Made by a program: the position numbers and the translations under genes. This document shows positions 25,499-40,449 of a stretch of 64,000 bases of DNA, piece by piece. Under the pieces are notes generated by a model. It saw only the letters and a list, made by a program, of their open reading frames with translations, was not told the DNA's origin and ran no database searches. Source of the DNA: Octopus vulgaris. Its lineage: Eukaryota. Numbering within the stretch: the first letter of the stretch is position 1; every line of letters starts with the position of its first letter. The stretch is taken from assembly GCA_951406725.2 (NCBI GenBank), contig OX597840.1, positions 36,828,001 through 36,892,000 of the forward strand. Direction: 5' to 3'.

Positions 25499-26173
25499 TT
25501 ACATGTAATAAATTCTCCGAATCCGTCACTTCAAAGTTTTTCTTGCGACGCACAATTTTGCCATCGCCAATATTTCTGCTGTTGTGGAATTCTAAGATAA
25601 TCGCTGATCCAACGTTAGTGCCATTTCACCTTGTGACAGGTGTCTTCTTCTTCTACTGGGATTCTGGAGCCCTCTTCATCAGGCCAGCCTCGCGATTCAG
25701 TCGCCAACGAATAGCAAACCTATGTCATTAGTAACAATTGTGCGTGTTATGAATAGAACATAATTATACACACACACATACACATACGTACATACATACA
25801 TGTAAACCTACATACACACATATACATAAGTACTTACATGAATACATACATACATATACATGCGCAGAGAATGAGATATAGAATAGCACAAGCACACACA
25901 CACATACACGCAACAGCAAAGCATAATTTCTGAGAAAATAATTGAAGTGTTTGTCGTTTATCTGAAGAAGCAAGATCAGATCTGAGGTTGAAAATCTCTA
26001 ACCAGAGATATTCCTTATTTCTGTATATTAGGGATAAGACTGATTTCTGCATCTTTCATTTTTAAGATGCGGATGTTCGATTTGTGAGCGATTAGGCTGC
26101 TATGTCTAGAATGTCGATGGACTACATAGGCATTTCCCACCTCATTACCTAGTGGTCGGCAGAGGGTTTATAT

Positions 26174-26389
26174 ATTCTTTTCTACTCTAAGCACAAGGCC
26201 CGAAATTTTGGGGAAGGGGCAAGTCGATTAGATCGACCCCAGTACGCAACTGGTACTTAATTTATCGACTCCGAAAGGATGAAAGGCAAAGTCGACCCCT
26301 GCGGAATTTGATCTCAGAACGTAGCGGCAGACGAAATACCGCTAAGCATTTTGCCCGGCGTGCTAACCATTCTGACAGCTCGCCGCCTT
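26174..26389 (-). mobile_element. MetaSINE-like family B monomer (tail type 2)
   Basis: GGCGGCGAGCTGTCAGAATGGTTAG...GTCGACTTTGCCTTTCATCCTTTCGGAGTCGATAAATTAAGTACC...CAAAATTTCGGGCCTTGTGC. Confidence 0.9.
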
Positions 26390-27139
26390 AAAGATGGGTT
26401 ATATATTCGTTAATGCTTAGTTCCAGCTCAGATGCAATTCAGCAATTCTATGATCAAAGACGCCCCGGCCATGCCAACCGGCTTAATTTTTCTAAATAAC
26501 TATAACTATCTTTACTGAAATATATCTAAAACTCTCGTAAGAGATACGAGGAAGATTTGGCAAATATTTCCAGCATAAAAATCAAACTTGTAAAAGGGTC
26601 TGACACAGACGAAACAGTTAAAAACAGATAAAAAGTAGTAACTTTGTTTTTCAATAACCTGCATTAAATATTGAAAGTTTGAACTGTTTTGCCCAGAAAG
26701 TTTGTCTGGCATCGTTCGTTAGTTGCAATGGCGGCCTTCGTTTAATATTCCACGGTTACGACACAAAGATGGCGACATTTTTGAATAAAGTAGAAATTCA
26801 TGTAAGTAAAATTGTCTTTTGTCCAAACTGCTTTGAAATTTTGGTTTAAGTGGAATTTTGTTTTTGATTGTGTGTTTATGGTGTTCCGTATAGAATTTGT
26901 CTGTGTTTCTGTGTGTTCATGTGTGTGTGTGTATGCACGCATGTGTATGTTTGGGTGGCTGGGTCTGTATGTACGCATATAAGTAAATGTGCATGCGTCT
27001 GAGCCTCAGTGTGTGACTGAGTATGATTTTGCATGTGAGTATATACATGTATATTCCCCCCCCCCGCAAAACTACTGGGCTTCATGTGCATGTGTGTATA
27101 TCTAGATACACATGTATATAATTGCAAAATGTACACACA

Positions 27140-27204
<65 letters not shown>

Positions 27205-27229
27205 GTAAGATATGTGTATATATATATAA

Positions 27230-27276
<47 letters not shown>

Positions 27277-27645
27277 CGTGTGTGTATGTAATATATGTAT
27301 ATATATATGTAGTTATTTCTAAAAGTGCATAAACGTAAGTATGAATATGTCTGGTCAATATTCAAATTGCTGTGCATGTCTTAATGCAGCGATTCCTATA
27401 CAAATGCACACACATATACACCTGCATACAAACACACATATAAACTTGCATATACATATACACACAATTATTCTGTGTGCGAGTGTGTGTGTGTTTAAGG
27501 GAGACAGAGTGAGCATTGAATACAGAAAACTTATATTTACACACAATATTCATGTTTCTTGTACATTGCAATTTTAAAAACATTATATAAACACGCGTGC
27601 GTCCACACACATACATACACTGACGCATATGTATGTGTTTGCATG

Positions 27646-27696
<51 letters not shown>

Positions 27697-28222
27697 ATAC
27701 ATATATACATATGTTTGTGTGTGGGGGATGCCTGAGCGCATATCTTTGTGTAAAAGTGTGCGTGTATGCCTGTATATATATCTGTATATTCAGAATTCTA
27801 TCTATCTATCTATCTATATATATATATTCATATAATTGTATGTTGGTATATATGTATACATAGAAATCACACAGACATATAGAAACATATATTATATAAT
27901 ATACATACTCACACATGCATATATATATAAATATATATATATACACCTTTACATGTAAATTCACATTGGAAGAAGACAGTTCTTTATATAAAACAAACAA
28001 TTTTTTTTCCTTAGAAACAAGCAACTTTTTCCAGCTGTGGAATTATGTATGAAGACAAAAACAAGCCATAAAGATGGTTAAGTTCCTGAAAGAAGTTATT
28101 ACTGTCAAGAGTTTTTATCACTTTTTCTATTCCAAACAACGGAAATGGCTTTTGGAAGAAAGAATACGATAATCTAAGAGTTTGTAACTGTTGTTGCTTT
28201 TGTTGTTGCGGTTCTCCATGTG

Positions 28223-28268
<46 letters not shown>

Positions 28269-28392
28269 GCAGTGATTGATAATGAAAGAGAGAATTTAGA
28301 GAGAAATAAAGTAGTTTTGTAGGAGGGAAGTGATGAAGCGGTGAAGAAAGAAAGAGAAATTGAGAGTGAAAGAGAGAGAGAGAGAAAGAGAG

Positions 28393-28438
<46 letters not shown>

Positions 28439-28784
28439 TGTGATTGGTAAATGTTTAATACTTGCAGACATTGAACTGCCTAGATACATTCTAACACGTC
28501 AAAATGGTGATTGCAGTATCCAAAGATTTGCCACTCACCTGTAATAATAATAATAATAAATGATAATAATAATAACAACAATAATAATAATAACATTAAT
28601 GAATATATATAACAGTAAATATATATACATACACATACCTTCACACACATATACACATAAATTCTTACCTACCTATATGTATGTATATTATGTATATATA
28701 TATACACATATGTATTTATGTACAATATAAATATATATATATATATATGCATGTGTGTAAATATATATGTGTGTATATATTATA

Positions 28785-28828
<44 letters not shown>

Positions 28829-29399
28829 TACATAAAACACATAGATACGTATAACACACACATACACACTCACACACACACACATACATATATATAGTAA
28901 GATAACGTTTTTGCTGTAGGGAGTGATTGGTCGTGGGGTCGAATGTGGAGGTTGATAGTAAATAAAAATAAAAATAAAAAAATAAACAAGCAAGAAAAAG
29001 ATTACAGTGTGGCGATGATGAGGTTTTTGCTGACGATGGTGGCGATGTTGGTGGGTGTGACGGGGACGGTGAGTAGGATGATGAAGATGGTGGCATAGTG
29101 GATGGTGATGATGATGATGACCGAAAATATAAACCAAAATAAAACGAAGTTCCAAACTTTGCTTTATCTCATAGATACTGATGCAACACGAAATTTTAAT
29201 AAAAGAATGAAAAAAAACCCCCAAAAATGAAACGCACACACACACATATGCACACGTACGCATGCAGAGCCACACACACACGCACACATACACACATACA
29301 CACACATGTAAACGAAAATGTAAATTATAGATAAAACGTATTTTGTACAACATCCATTGTTGAAGTGGTTATCATTATCTTTATTATTTCATTATTCTT

Positions 29400-29800
29400 A
29401 TCATCTTCGTTATCATCATCGTCGTCGTCGTCTCATTGTTTTCCTCTCGAGAGTACATCTTCTCTCACCTTCCGGGGGCCTTTCTGCAGTTCTAATCTAG
29501 ACTTCCTAATATTATACACCGTTTGTTTTCCTTTTTACCAGTTGTCATTTTATTGTCACCGTCAATCTTAGAGAATAAATATATTCTTCCATTTGCTTTG
29601 GCCTTCTGAAATGATTATACAGCCTACCACAGATCTCAGCTCGGACTCCCTCCAGGTTTGTTTTGGACACACGCTGAGAAATATCCAAATGAAATCTCGC
29701 TGTATCTATTGCCATTTATTTGCTAAACTCCTCTGGCAAGGAGTGAATCTGCTTTGTGACCCATTTCTTGCATGGGTTATACTCGCCTAGGGTAGACCCA
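29400..29800 (-). mobile_element. Possible RTE LINE 3' remnant
   Basis: Minus strand CPKQTWRES and KWKNI-like motifs (cf. GRPKxTW...DRxxW), followed by a (GAC/GAT)n tail. Confidence 0.35.
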
Positions 29801-30734
29801 TGTTCTATTAATACAACAATGAAACAGAGGCAGTCCTTTTTTAAAAAGAGCAGATAAAATAAAGGAAAATATTGAAAATGTTTATCGATCGAGAAAAGCA
29901 TTTAAAAATATTCATTTTTTTTCCTGATCGTTTTAGGTCATAAAGAATTTCAGATAAACCAACAAAAGGAAATTATGGTTGAAATATGACGTGAGTGACA
30001 GGGCGTCTTTCCTCGATGAACACTTTTCAAAATTAATTACTTGTAGGGAAACCGTATTTCATTGTGCAGCCATAATGTGCTACAAAGTATATGAAACGCT
30101 TAATAAAGTCAATACTGTGTCCTATTGTGGTAGCAGTGCTATTAAACCGCATATTAATGATATCTCCAGGGATTCTCTGTAAAAGTTATAGAACTCGTGA
30201 AATGTGGCATGTAGACACTCTACGTACATTTCCATCTTCGATCGCATTGTTGTTGTCTTCGGATACGAAACATCGTAACAAATCAGTGCTGGCTAGAATT
30301 TCTACAAAAATTCTATAGAATTAACCTTAACACTTTCCAAAATAAATTAAAAAATTAACAGGCCTCTATGTAGCGAATAACGGTGAGACTTTTGATATGT
30401 CTTCGAAGGACGAATTGACTGCAGCTCAATTTCTCGATTGCGTCTAAACATATGGAACCGTATGGCTAAAAATCAGGGTCGCAGATAAGACGAGGAGACA
30501 AGGAAAGTGGCTGTGTCACACGCCGACCCAAAAGCTGGTGCGAAAGAAGTACATGAGAAAAGAGAAAACGAGGGTCACAGAGAGAGTTATTGGTACTGGA
30601 ATTGATCCTTGGCTTGTCACGCTTGCAGCACTTTACGACCCGGACGGAGGTGAGATGCAACAGCATGTGCTCACACAGGATTGCATGAAGATCCTGGTCC
30701 TGCTCTCACTCGATGGCCACATGGCCACCCGACA

Positions 30735-31122
30735 TGGATGGAAGCACTCCGTCGGTTACAACGACGAGGGTTCCGGTTGATCCGATCAACGGAACAGCCT
30801 GCTCGTGAAATTAACGTGTAAGTGGCTGAGCACTCCACAGACACGTGTACCCTTAACGTAGTTCTCGGGGATATTCAGTGTGACACAGAGAGTGACAAGG
30901 CCGGCCCTTTGAAATACAGGTACAACAGAAACAGGAAGTAAGAGTGAGAGAAAGTTGTGGTGAAAGAGCACAGCAGGGATCACCACCATCCCCTGCCGGA
31001 GCCTCGTGGAGCTTTTAGGTGTTTTCGCTCAATAAACACTCACAACGCCCGGTCTGGGAATAGAAACCGCGATCCTATGACCGCGAGTCCGCTGCCCTAA
31101 CCACTGGGCCATTGCTCCTCCA
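30735..31122 (-). mobile_element. tRNA(Arg)-like SINE family C, full length
   Basis: Reverse complement of the 17303-17683 consensus, with little divergence. Confidence 0.9.
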
Positions 31123-32755
31123 CCCACCCGATATATACCCTTTAATGTTATTGATGGGGAGTTTCAGTCAGACTGATGGTGCAGGACAGAATATCAGGTT
31201 GAAAGCGTTTAACAGTAAAAGCCACTTGAATGTGTAATAAGGAAAAGGAGACGGAATGTGAAGATAAATAAATAGATAAAAAGATGGGTTGGCCGACAGA
31301 AGGAGAAGCAAAGACAAGAGCAGAGGTCGTGAGGATAAAAACCATTGCTGTTACTAGAGATAGGGGAACGGAGAGAAGAAGGAAACGAAGAGAGGAAAAT
31401 AAAGAAGATGGAAAATGAAAGGAAAAGATAAAATGTCAATTGTATAATTCAGTTGGAACAACTGACAGTTATTGGTTGGGTTGGAAACGTTCCGCCTACC
31501 CTTGACCCCAAAAGAAGAAGAGAAGATGGTAAAACCACATGGCAACATGGGAACAAAAAGAAACAAAGAACATTTGCTGTTAACTCGATAGAAACTAATT
31601 GTTATGAAAGGACAGCGTCTTAAATGAAACATTTAATTAGCCTCGCAATAAAACATTACAGGCTAATTAAAGAGTTAATGAGGCTGGTGGTGTAACATAC
31701 TTGACACTCTAGTAATCGCAGCTAAATCACTCTCAATTCATAATCCATTGCCTTGAAAAAAAAAAAGAATTACGATCGTTGTAGACACAGATATGTGACA
31801 AGAAAAAAGCGATAAAGTGGGAGATAGTCATGGTTGGGAAGTCTTTGAATACAGGCGTCCTCACAGAAAGCATAGAAAGGCATTAGACAATAACTAGCAT
31901 ATATTTGTGGCTGCAAGAAACAGAACGATGTTTGGTAATACCCAGGACAATCTGTTGCTGCTACTGCTGCTGCTACTACTTCTACTACTACTACTATAAA
32001 TGTTTATTTTTAAGAGAGGCAAAATGTCGGATATTATAGGAGAAGAGAGATGTCTATCCATATCAACTCCATAACACTCGGCTGGTACTTGAACCTGACT
32101 TTGGAGGTCGAACATTTTGCGAGAGATATTTGTGATTACATTCACCCCAAGAAAGAATAAAGAAAAAAACAAAACAAAACAAACAAACAAACAAACATGG
32201 ACCCCCACCCATCGAGATTTGAACTTGGAACATAAACAAACGATTCATGATGTAGTACAGTGTATTATATTTGAATTTCCCTGTCTAAGAATTTGATAGG
32301 AACGGAGCCATTCTTGCTGAGACCTTTTCTGATTTATGTCTTCTATCTCATTCCTCTCGATATTTCAGTCATTAGAAGTTATTTGACCACAGGTCAACAG
32401 TAAACCAGTAGACCTGTGATCAAAGGCATTCCAGCCATGACAATTTGGTAGATATTTTATTGGTCATAGGTGGGCTGGGATGAAAGGATAAAACCGATAT
32501 TTGAATTGAGAACCTTGATTGATGTTCAAAGTTAAATACTGTAATAGATTTAGTCCGGTGCTTTACCGTTAATACCGGAGTAGTGGTGATTATACTGATG
32601 TAATCAAGTTTATCGTAAAGATGAAAGAAGACAGACAGACAGAGAGAAGGAGGAGAAGAAGAAGAAGAAGCAGAAAAGGAAGGAAAGAGGGAAAAGAAAG
32701 GAAAAGAATAAGAAGAAAAATAAGGGAGAAGCAGATAGAATATAAACAGCATCAT

Positions 32756-32817
<62 letters not shown>

Positions 32818-32952
32818 GTACACACGCACATATATGCATACTTATATATATATATATATATACACATGTACACACGCACATATATGCATACTTATATTTG
32901 TATTTATAAATACATACATATATATATATGCATGTATACATAGACATACAGT

Positions 32953-33020
<68 letters not shown>

Positions 33021-33023
33021 CAC

Positions 33024-33054
<31 letters not shown>

Positions 33055-33075
33055 CACATATATATATATATACAC

Positions 33076-33106
<31 letters not shown>

Positions 33107-33123
33107 TATATATATATATACAC

Positions 33124-33154
<31 letters not shown>

Positions 33155-33183
33155 TATATGGAAATAAGTATAGATGTGTATAA

Positions 33184-33214
<31 letters not shown>

Positions 33215-34853
33215 CTTGTGTGTTATATAATTATATATAAACACATTATATATGCATACGCACATCCGTATAGAGAGATACATACGTATATATCCAAACA
33301 AAACACACACACACACACGCATATATCAGAGGAAGGCCAGCACAGAGGCAGACCTATAGACAGAGAGGAGAACAAACAAGAGATGAAGATAAGCTGAGTG
33401 TCATTGATCCTTCGGGCAATATTGATGCTGCACCATCAAAAGACTCAAACGTTATTATCAGTTGTAAAAGATAATCTGTTCTCTCTTTTTCATTAATTTT
33501 ATCTTGTTTTCTTTTCTTTTTTGTTTTTATTTAGTTTGACTTTCACTTTCACTTTGGAAACTATAAATTAATAGATAAATAAATAAAACGGTAAACGGCA
33601 GAAGATTAAAACACACACATATATAATATATACACAAAAATATACACACGTACACGCACACACATACATACAGTAAGGGGCAACTGTCTAGCTGACAGCG
33701 GTCGTAGCGGAAGTTGCGCCGGTGTTGGCGTTGTGGAAAATTGATTTGTTAAGAGAGGCACAAGGCTAATCATTTCTGGGGAAGGGGACAGTCGATTAAA
33801 CCGATACTAAATTTATTAACCGCCAATGTTTCTATCATTAGAGGTTGTAGGTGTGGTGGATGGGTGGCCAAGTCAGCTTCGCATCCACGTGGTTTCGTGT
33901 TCTATCCTGGTTCGTTTTAGAAGCATAAGACCCCGGGAAACCCCTCGCTATGGGCTCCGTTGTACTCATTCGGGTCCCTAGACTCTGGGCCATACATCTT
34001 AAGGCAAACCCCTTTTTTATGCAAGTAGGTGACAGTTTGCGACAATAGTTTTTATCAAAGTCACGTGTTGATGGAAGTGTTGTCAGAGAAATCGAGGAAA
34101 GTAAACTGTACTGAAGCCTGTCGTACCAAGAGTTCCAGGAATTGAAATGGACAGCTTTTACCACGTAGTGTCTTGCTGAGGACTACGTTACGGGTATACA
34201 CGTCTGCAGGTTACTTAATCATATACAATATAATCGTATGAGAAGACTTCTTTTGACCGGACAAACTATTTATTTAATAGTTTGGCCAGTGGGGAAACTG
34301 TTTATTTAATGAACGTTTCCAGATCTGACAGTTGTAAGATCAAGCAGTCTTGTGGACGTGGAGAAATATATTTTAGTGCTCAACCTTTCATGGGGACGGG
34401 AGACAAATTAAAACTATTATAATTAGGGTTAATGAAAAAGGAAAGTATCAAAAGAATCTAGCTCTGCTGAACTCATTCTTCTTAATTGCGGATTAAAGAA
34501 AGTTATCAACTTTACAGTGTGGCTGCACTTTACTAAGGTAAGTTATTGATACCAGGTGATGGCCATATACAGCCTGTCTCTATTTTTGAGTAACTGGTTA
34601 TGTATCTGGGACCTTACCACTAACTGATCCCTAGCCTTGCACATCAGTCCTGAAAATAGTCTATGTTTCTGTACAAAGGGGTGGGTTGGGGGCATCACAC
34701 ACTAATAAATTATGTCCTTTTCAGTTTGAGTTCAAATTACTCCGGGTTTCATGCTGAGAAAATGAAATTCCTGCTCTGCCTCCGATATAATCCCTCCTTC
34801 TATCGTTTCTATTTCCCAATCGTTCATGTTCGTTATCGATATTTCTCAATATT

Positions 34854-35050
34854 AAGGCAGCGAACTGGCAGAAGTGTTACCACACGGGACAAAAAGCTTG
34901 GCAGCATTTCGTCCGTCTTTACGTTCTGAATTCAAAATCCACCGTGGTTGACTTTGTCTTTCGTCATATCGGGATCAATAAAATGAGTACCAGTTGAGCA
35001 TTGGGGTCGATGATATTGAATTAGCCCTTCACCCGAAACCAATATTTCTT
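34854..35050 (+). mobile_element. Degenerate MetaSINE-like family B monomer
   Basis: GGCAGCGAACTGGCAGAAGTGTTA...GGTTGACTTTGTCTTTCGTC...AATGAGTACCAGTTGAGCATTGGGGTCGAT. Confidence 0.75.
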
Positions 35051-36694
35051 TATAATTCTTTCCAAACACAACCTGAACGATTGAAATCCCGTTGAGAGTG
35101 TATCAGTCGGTACTATGTGCCCTTCCAGTCCTCCCTTGCCCCTCCTGCCTCTCCCTCTTCCTGCCGAATTACTTTCGTATCCACACCCCGCCGCAAAAGA
35201 CTCCACCCCACCAAAGAAAAAAACAGGAAGAAGGAAGATTTTCGCGACTTCGTCAGCGCAGCAATGAATTTTTCGTTTCGGAACTTTTGGTAATAAGTGA
35301 AATAGAAAATAAACGTTGAAGTCCTTTTCTAATGAGGAATAAAGTTGGGAAATCAATTGCAACGGTGATGGCCATCGATTAACCGATAGAAGTGGATTAC
35401 TTAATAACGGTAAAAATAACAACTTTATCAAGAAATCTTCTTCATATTCACCACCGCCACAACCAGCACCACCACCACCACCACCATCATCATCGTCGTC
35501 ATCATTATAATTGCCCTACACCTCCTCATCATCATCAACACCATCATCATTATCATATTCATCAATACCGTAGTCGACGCCGTCATCAACATCAACATCA
35601 ACAATGATAACCGCGAGACAAGAATAAATCGTGAGATGAAACTTCAGAATTTGTCTTCCTTTAAGAGTCTAGTTTTAAAAAAAGCATAAGAGTCTTAAGA
35701 GTCACAGAATTCTATGCGAAAACAGAGGAATACTTCTGTGGTGATTGAACGCGTTGAAGGCAGAGTTAGGTATCTCGTGGTTGTAAAACTTCAAATTGCA
35801 ACTTTCTCCGTTTTGTGGTTAAGACTGTGCTACAACGATGGCCAAAGACAAATTAAAGAGGACAGCTGCTGGGGGGAGAGGAGAACTGATCGAAATGACA
35901 GGATGAGACAACAGGGCGCAGCTGTTTGGACGTTAGTGCTTTGGCGTGGTTGAGCGGGCAATCATTCTGTTTTAGCAATAAGTTTGGGGACTAGAGGCAG
36001 ACACACACACACGTGCGCAGAAATATATAAATACAGATAAGAATAGAGTGAGAAAAGGAGACAAAGGGAGTGTTGGAGAAAGAGACAGACAGACAGACAG
36101 AGAGCGGGGTAGGGAGAGAGAGAGAGGTGTGGGGAGAGAGAGAGGTGGGGAGAAAGAGATGAGGAAGGAAGTGAACGAGAAAAGTATTAAAAAGAGAGAA
36201 ACAGTAAAACCTCTGATCTTAAATAAATCAGCGTCGAATGAGCGACGCCAAAACGGCTGCGCCAAAACGTCTCAAATCCGAGAAATGAACAGAATAAAGT
36301 AAATTAACAGTTAAATCCTCGAATCAATTTAATCGCAAGTTGCTTCATCCCTCAAGAATTAAGTCCTTCTTTTAATGTAATAAATCGAAAAAGCAGATAC
36401 ATTAACAGAAGGATTTCCGTTATAAATAAATGGACATAAACAGAGTCGCAGACGATATTGGATTCCGTCGCATTGGACTTGGAACGTGGAATGGTTTACA
36501 GTGATGAGTGAGGGAATCAATAAGACGGTGTGAGGACAGAACACAGGGAGGAGGTCCTAGGGCATTTGACGTTATGTCACCTACATACAGCGTTTGAAAT
36601 AAAATAATATGGAGAACGTATGAACATCACTACATCGATTCTGCTTCCATAACATTGGCAAAAAGCGTATAAAGTACTTGCATGTGTGTGTGTG

Positions 36695-36734
<40 letters not shown>

Positions 36735-38951
36735 TAAGTGTGTGTGTGTGTGTGTGTATGCGCGATGGTTGCACGAATTGATTTCAGTTCAATTTGTTTG
36801 TCAGCAGGTGGAATACGGTTTCCATATACACCGTTTTACATGTATAACCGTTTACATGTATATATATATATATATATATGTCTGCATAAGTACATACATA
36901 CTTACATGCATTCATACACACATGTATATATATATATATATAATGTATTATAATGTATGTATGTATTCATGTAGGGGTGCTTGTGTGTCTGTGTCTACAA
37001 CCATATACATGTATACATGCTCAACATAAACATGTACGCACGTTTTTTTGTGTGTGTGTGCATTTGCATGGTATCTGTATCAGTGTGGTTATGTTCCATG
37101 CATGCATGTATGTATGTATGTATGTATGTGTGTGTATGTATGCGTGTATGTATGTATCTATCGGTTTCTGTCTGTCTGTCTTTTTATCTATTTAATTGAA
37201 TATGTGCCTACCTGTCTCTATCCCTCTCTCATCCTTCTCTCTCTCTTTATCTATCTGTCTCTTTTTCTTTCTGTTTGTGCTTGTCTCATTTGATCTCTCT
37301 CCCAATTTCACACACACACACTCCCTCTCTCTTTCTCTCCTCCTTCCAATCCCTCAATTCCTTAAATCTAGCATCGCTCTCTCCCTCTCCCTTGTTCTGC
37401 CTCTCGCTCACTCTCTCTTTCTATCTCGTCTACACACTTTTTTAAGAACTCCCTTTTGCTATCACTAACTCATTCGTTTTTCCTTCAACTCCCACCCATC
37501 TTACTACCGCATACTACTCCCCGTCTCTCTATCAACTTTAATCACGTCTCTCTCTCCCTCTGTCCCACTCCACGTCTCTGCCTATCTGTCTGTCTGTCTG
37601 TCTGTCTCTCTCACTCTCGTGTCGCCGTCCATCATGAAAAGAAACTATACAGGAAATAGATAACTGACACTTATATGAAATGAAATTTTAGCAGACACCA
37701 GAGGAAAGATTCTGGCTATAAATGCTGAAACGATATCAAATATTTATAACTCCTTTCTCCGCTTTTCTCATTTGAATGACGTTAAGTAGAAGAATCCTCT
37801 ATGATCTAGCTCCGCATGTGTGAGAGTTGTATGGTGGCATTGGAGCGGGGGAGAGAGAGAGGTGCCGTGGCGGAGCGTTGGGACGGTGGGGTCGCTGGGG
37901 CCGTTGTGTTGCGCTTCTGCTATGGTTGTGAAACCGTATTCCGTTATATGTACACATTTCCCTTCATTCACACACACACATACGTGTATATACTCTCAGA
38001 CACCACATACACACACATATATACATAGTTATGAAATATATATATATATATATACATTAATGTATATATATCTATACATACGTATATGCATATGCATTCA
38101 TGTATATCTATATCTATACATACATATATGCATATACATACATACATATATGCATATACATACATATCTGCATATATATATATATATGTGTGTATGTGTG
38201 TGTGTGTGTGTATGTGTGTGAGTGTGTGTGCGCGCTTATATACATATATATATATATATGAACTCATTTGTATGCATGTTTATGGACTTCTATGTGTATA
38301 TACATATATAATAGATACACACACACATATATATATATGTATATATATACATTCATTGATATACACTATACATAGACATGCATATATACACATACCTATA
38401 CACACATATCTATATTGTGTATATGTGTATTTACCGACACTTTCATGGCGCAGTGGTATCGTCCTCTCATCATAATGTCCACACAAATATACACGCAGGA
38501 TATAATATTCACTTTATATTTCTTTTTATCACCACGGCCACCACCACCACCACCATCACCGCCACCACCACCACCATCACTTCCCCCTCTTCCACCTGAG
38601 CGTCTCCCACCCATTCACCCCACCACAGTACATACATTATTGATCTCCAACATTGGCGCAAGACTATATGCTATATATTATTCACTATCGAAGTCTTGCG
38701 TCAATTTGTACGTTTACAATACTGTTGCTAATATTCCATTCCATTTCACTCGACATTTCGTGTTTTTTTTTTTTTTCGACAAATCAATTGATATCCTCGT
38801 ATTCTAACTCCGACGCATGATACGATTCTAAAACGCTTCGACGTACCTAATTTTTTTTCTCGGATTTTCATATACGTAAACACATACATACATACGTATA
38901 TATATACACACACACATGTATCTATATACATAGATTAGGTGATATATATTA

Positions 38952-39092
38952 CAGAGATGTACTTGCATAGCAAATGACCCGATCTGAGATCGTGTGCTGG
39001 AACGAAAACAATTGCAGCGTGGAAGGTGTTTATAAACCATTTAAGAAACACACAAAATCCGTTAGATTCACTTCAACATCTAAATTGAATTT
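38952..39092 (-). mobile_element. 3' fragment of the same terminal-repeat family as 51783-52070
   Basis: Shares GATCTGAGATCGTGTGCTGGAACGAAAACAATTGCA.CGTGGAAGGT...GTTAGATTCACTTC; TA-flanked. Confidence 0.75.
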
Positions 39093-39114
39093 TATATCTA
39101 TATATTCGTGATTT

Positions 39115-39466
39115 GTGGCACTCTGTCGGTTTCCACGACGAAGGTTCCAGTTGATCCGATCAACGGAACAGCCTGTTCGAGTACCCTTAACGTAGTTCTC
39201 GGGGAGATTCAGCATGAGACAGAGTGTGACAAAACTGGCCCTTTGAAATACAGGTACAAAAGAAACAGGAAGAAAGACAAAAGAAAGAGTGAGAGAAAGT
39301 TGTGGCGAAAGAGTACAGCAGGGTTAGCCGTCACACCCTGCCGGAGCCCCGTGGAGCTTTAGGTGTTTTCGCTGAATAAACACCCACAACGCCCGGTTTG
39401 GGAATCGAAACCGCGATCCTACGACTGCGATTCCGCTGCCCTAACCCCTGGGCCATTGCGCTTCCA
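39115..39466 (-). mobile_element. tRNA(Arg)-like SINE family C with an internal deletion
   Basis: Matches 30735-31122 but lacks the CGTGAAATTAACG...ACACG segment. Confidence 0.85.
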
Positions 39467-40060
39467 CATATTTCTATACATACACATATATGTATATACA
39501 TATAAATATATGGATTTATACACACACATATGTATATAATATATAATTATGTGTGTGTTTGCACGTGTGTGTGTGCATGTATGTTTGTTATTTTAAACGC
39601 AAGCCATTGGCGCAAAATGTAATCTGCAATCTTTTATCTGGAATAGATTTTCAGCCCTCACTAATAACCTAATTTTATTGGAATATTAGAATGTCAAAAA
39701 TAGATTCTGTTAGAAATTTATGTGACAAGTTGAGAAAATGTAATGAAGTTTTCACATTGGTAAATGCATGAAAGGCATAAGAAACAATAATAAGTGTGGT
39801 GGTCTATTTTGGAGACATCTGGATTGGATAACGCTTCTGCAGTGCCAAGTCAACTGCTTCTAATATGTATATGTATGTGCGTGTGTATATATGTGTATGT
39901 GTATATGTGTGTATATGAGAGTAAGACTGTGTCTGGTATATAACTGCGACTTTCATGCACACGTCTCCTTCATTTATACAGGTATATATATATGTTTGTA
40001 GATGTGCGGGTGTAGGTGTATGATAGGAGGATATATATGTGTGTATATATATATATATAT

Positions 40061-40370
40061 AACGGGAAAGTTTACGAAAATAAACAAAAGACGAAGGCAG
40101 GTGGAGTATAAACAAACAAATGTATTAGTATGGCGCTCAGGAATAGAAATAGAACAAGTCTTTTACGTTTCGAGCCTACGCTCTTCAACAGAAAGAGACA
40201 CAGAAAAAAACAAGGAGAGAAACAAGGAGAAAAAAAATGCGTGTAGGAGTTAACGATCTATCATGGCGTTCTGACTTCGGGCAGTGGTCAGACGCAAGAG
40301 GGACAGTGGGGGAGATAACAGGGTCAAGTGACTTCCAAAAACGAAGGTGCCCCCAACACAAAGGTGCGTG
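40061..40370 (-). mobile_element. Penelope-like pseudo-LTR fragment carrying a hammerhead-like motif
   Basis: Homologous to 8578-8762 and 53632-53840; its 3' end abuts (TA)n. Confidence 0.65.
40159..40196 (-). ncRNA. Minimal hammerhead-like motif, CUGUUGA core (A6U variant)
   Basis: TCTTT-CTGTTGA-A-GAGC-GTAG-GCTC-GAAA-CG-T-A-AAAGA: 5-bp stem I, 4-bp stem II, palindromic stem III ACGT, GUA site. Confidence 0.62.
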
Positions 40371-40418
40371 TGTGTATAAGAGGGTATGTATGTGCGTGTG
40401 AAAGAGGGTGGTCTGGAC

Positions 40419-40449
<31 letters not shown>

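Noticed and set aside
30470-30735. + strand ORF with a G|GTGAGA donor-like site
   Set aside because: RRQGKWLCH and KRG-like remnants fit a decayed RTE 3' end better; no acceptor found.
31150-31520. Purine-rich stretch faintly resembling PLE RT on the minus strand
   Set aside because: Motifs too decayed to support a call without an HMM search.
35392-35607. Histidine-rich ORF (also 38530-38600, 43590-43650, 29030-29120)
   Set aside because: (CAC)/(CAT)n trinucleotide repeats with no splice or codon evidence.
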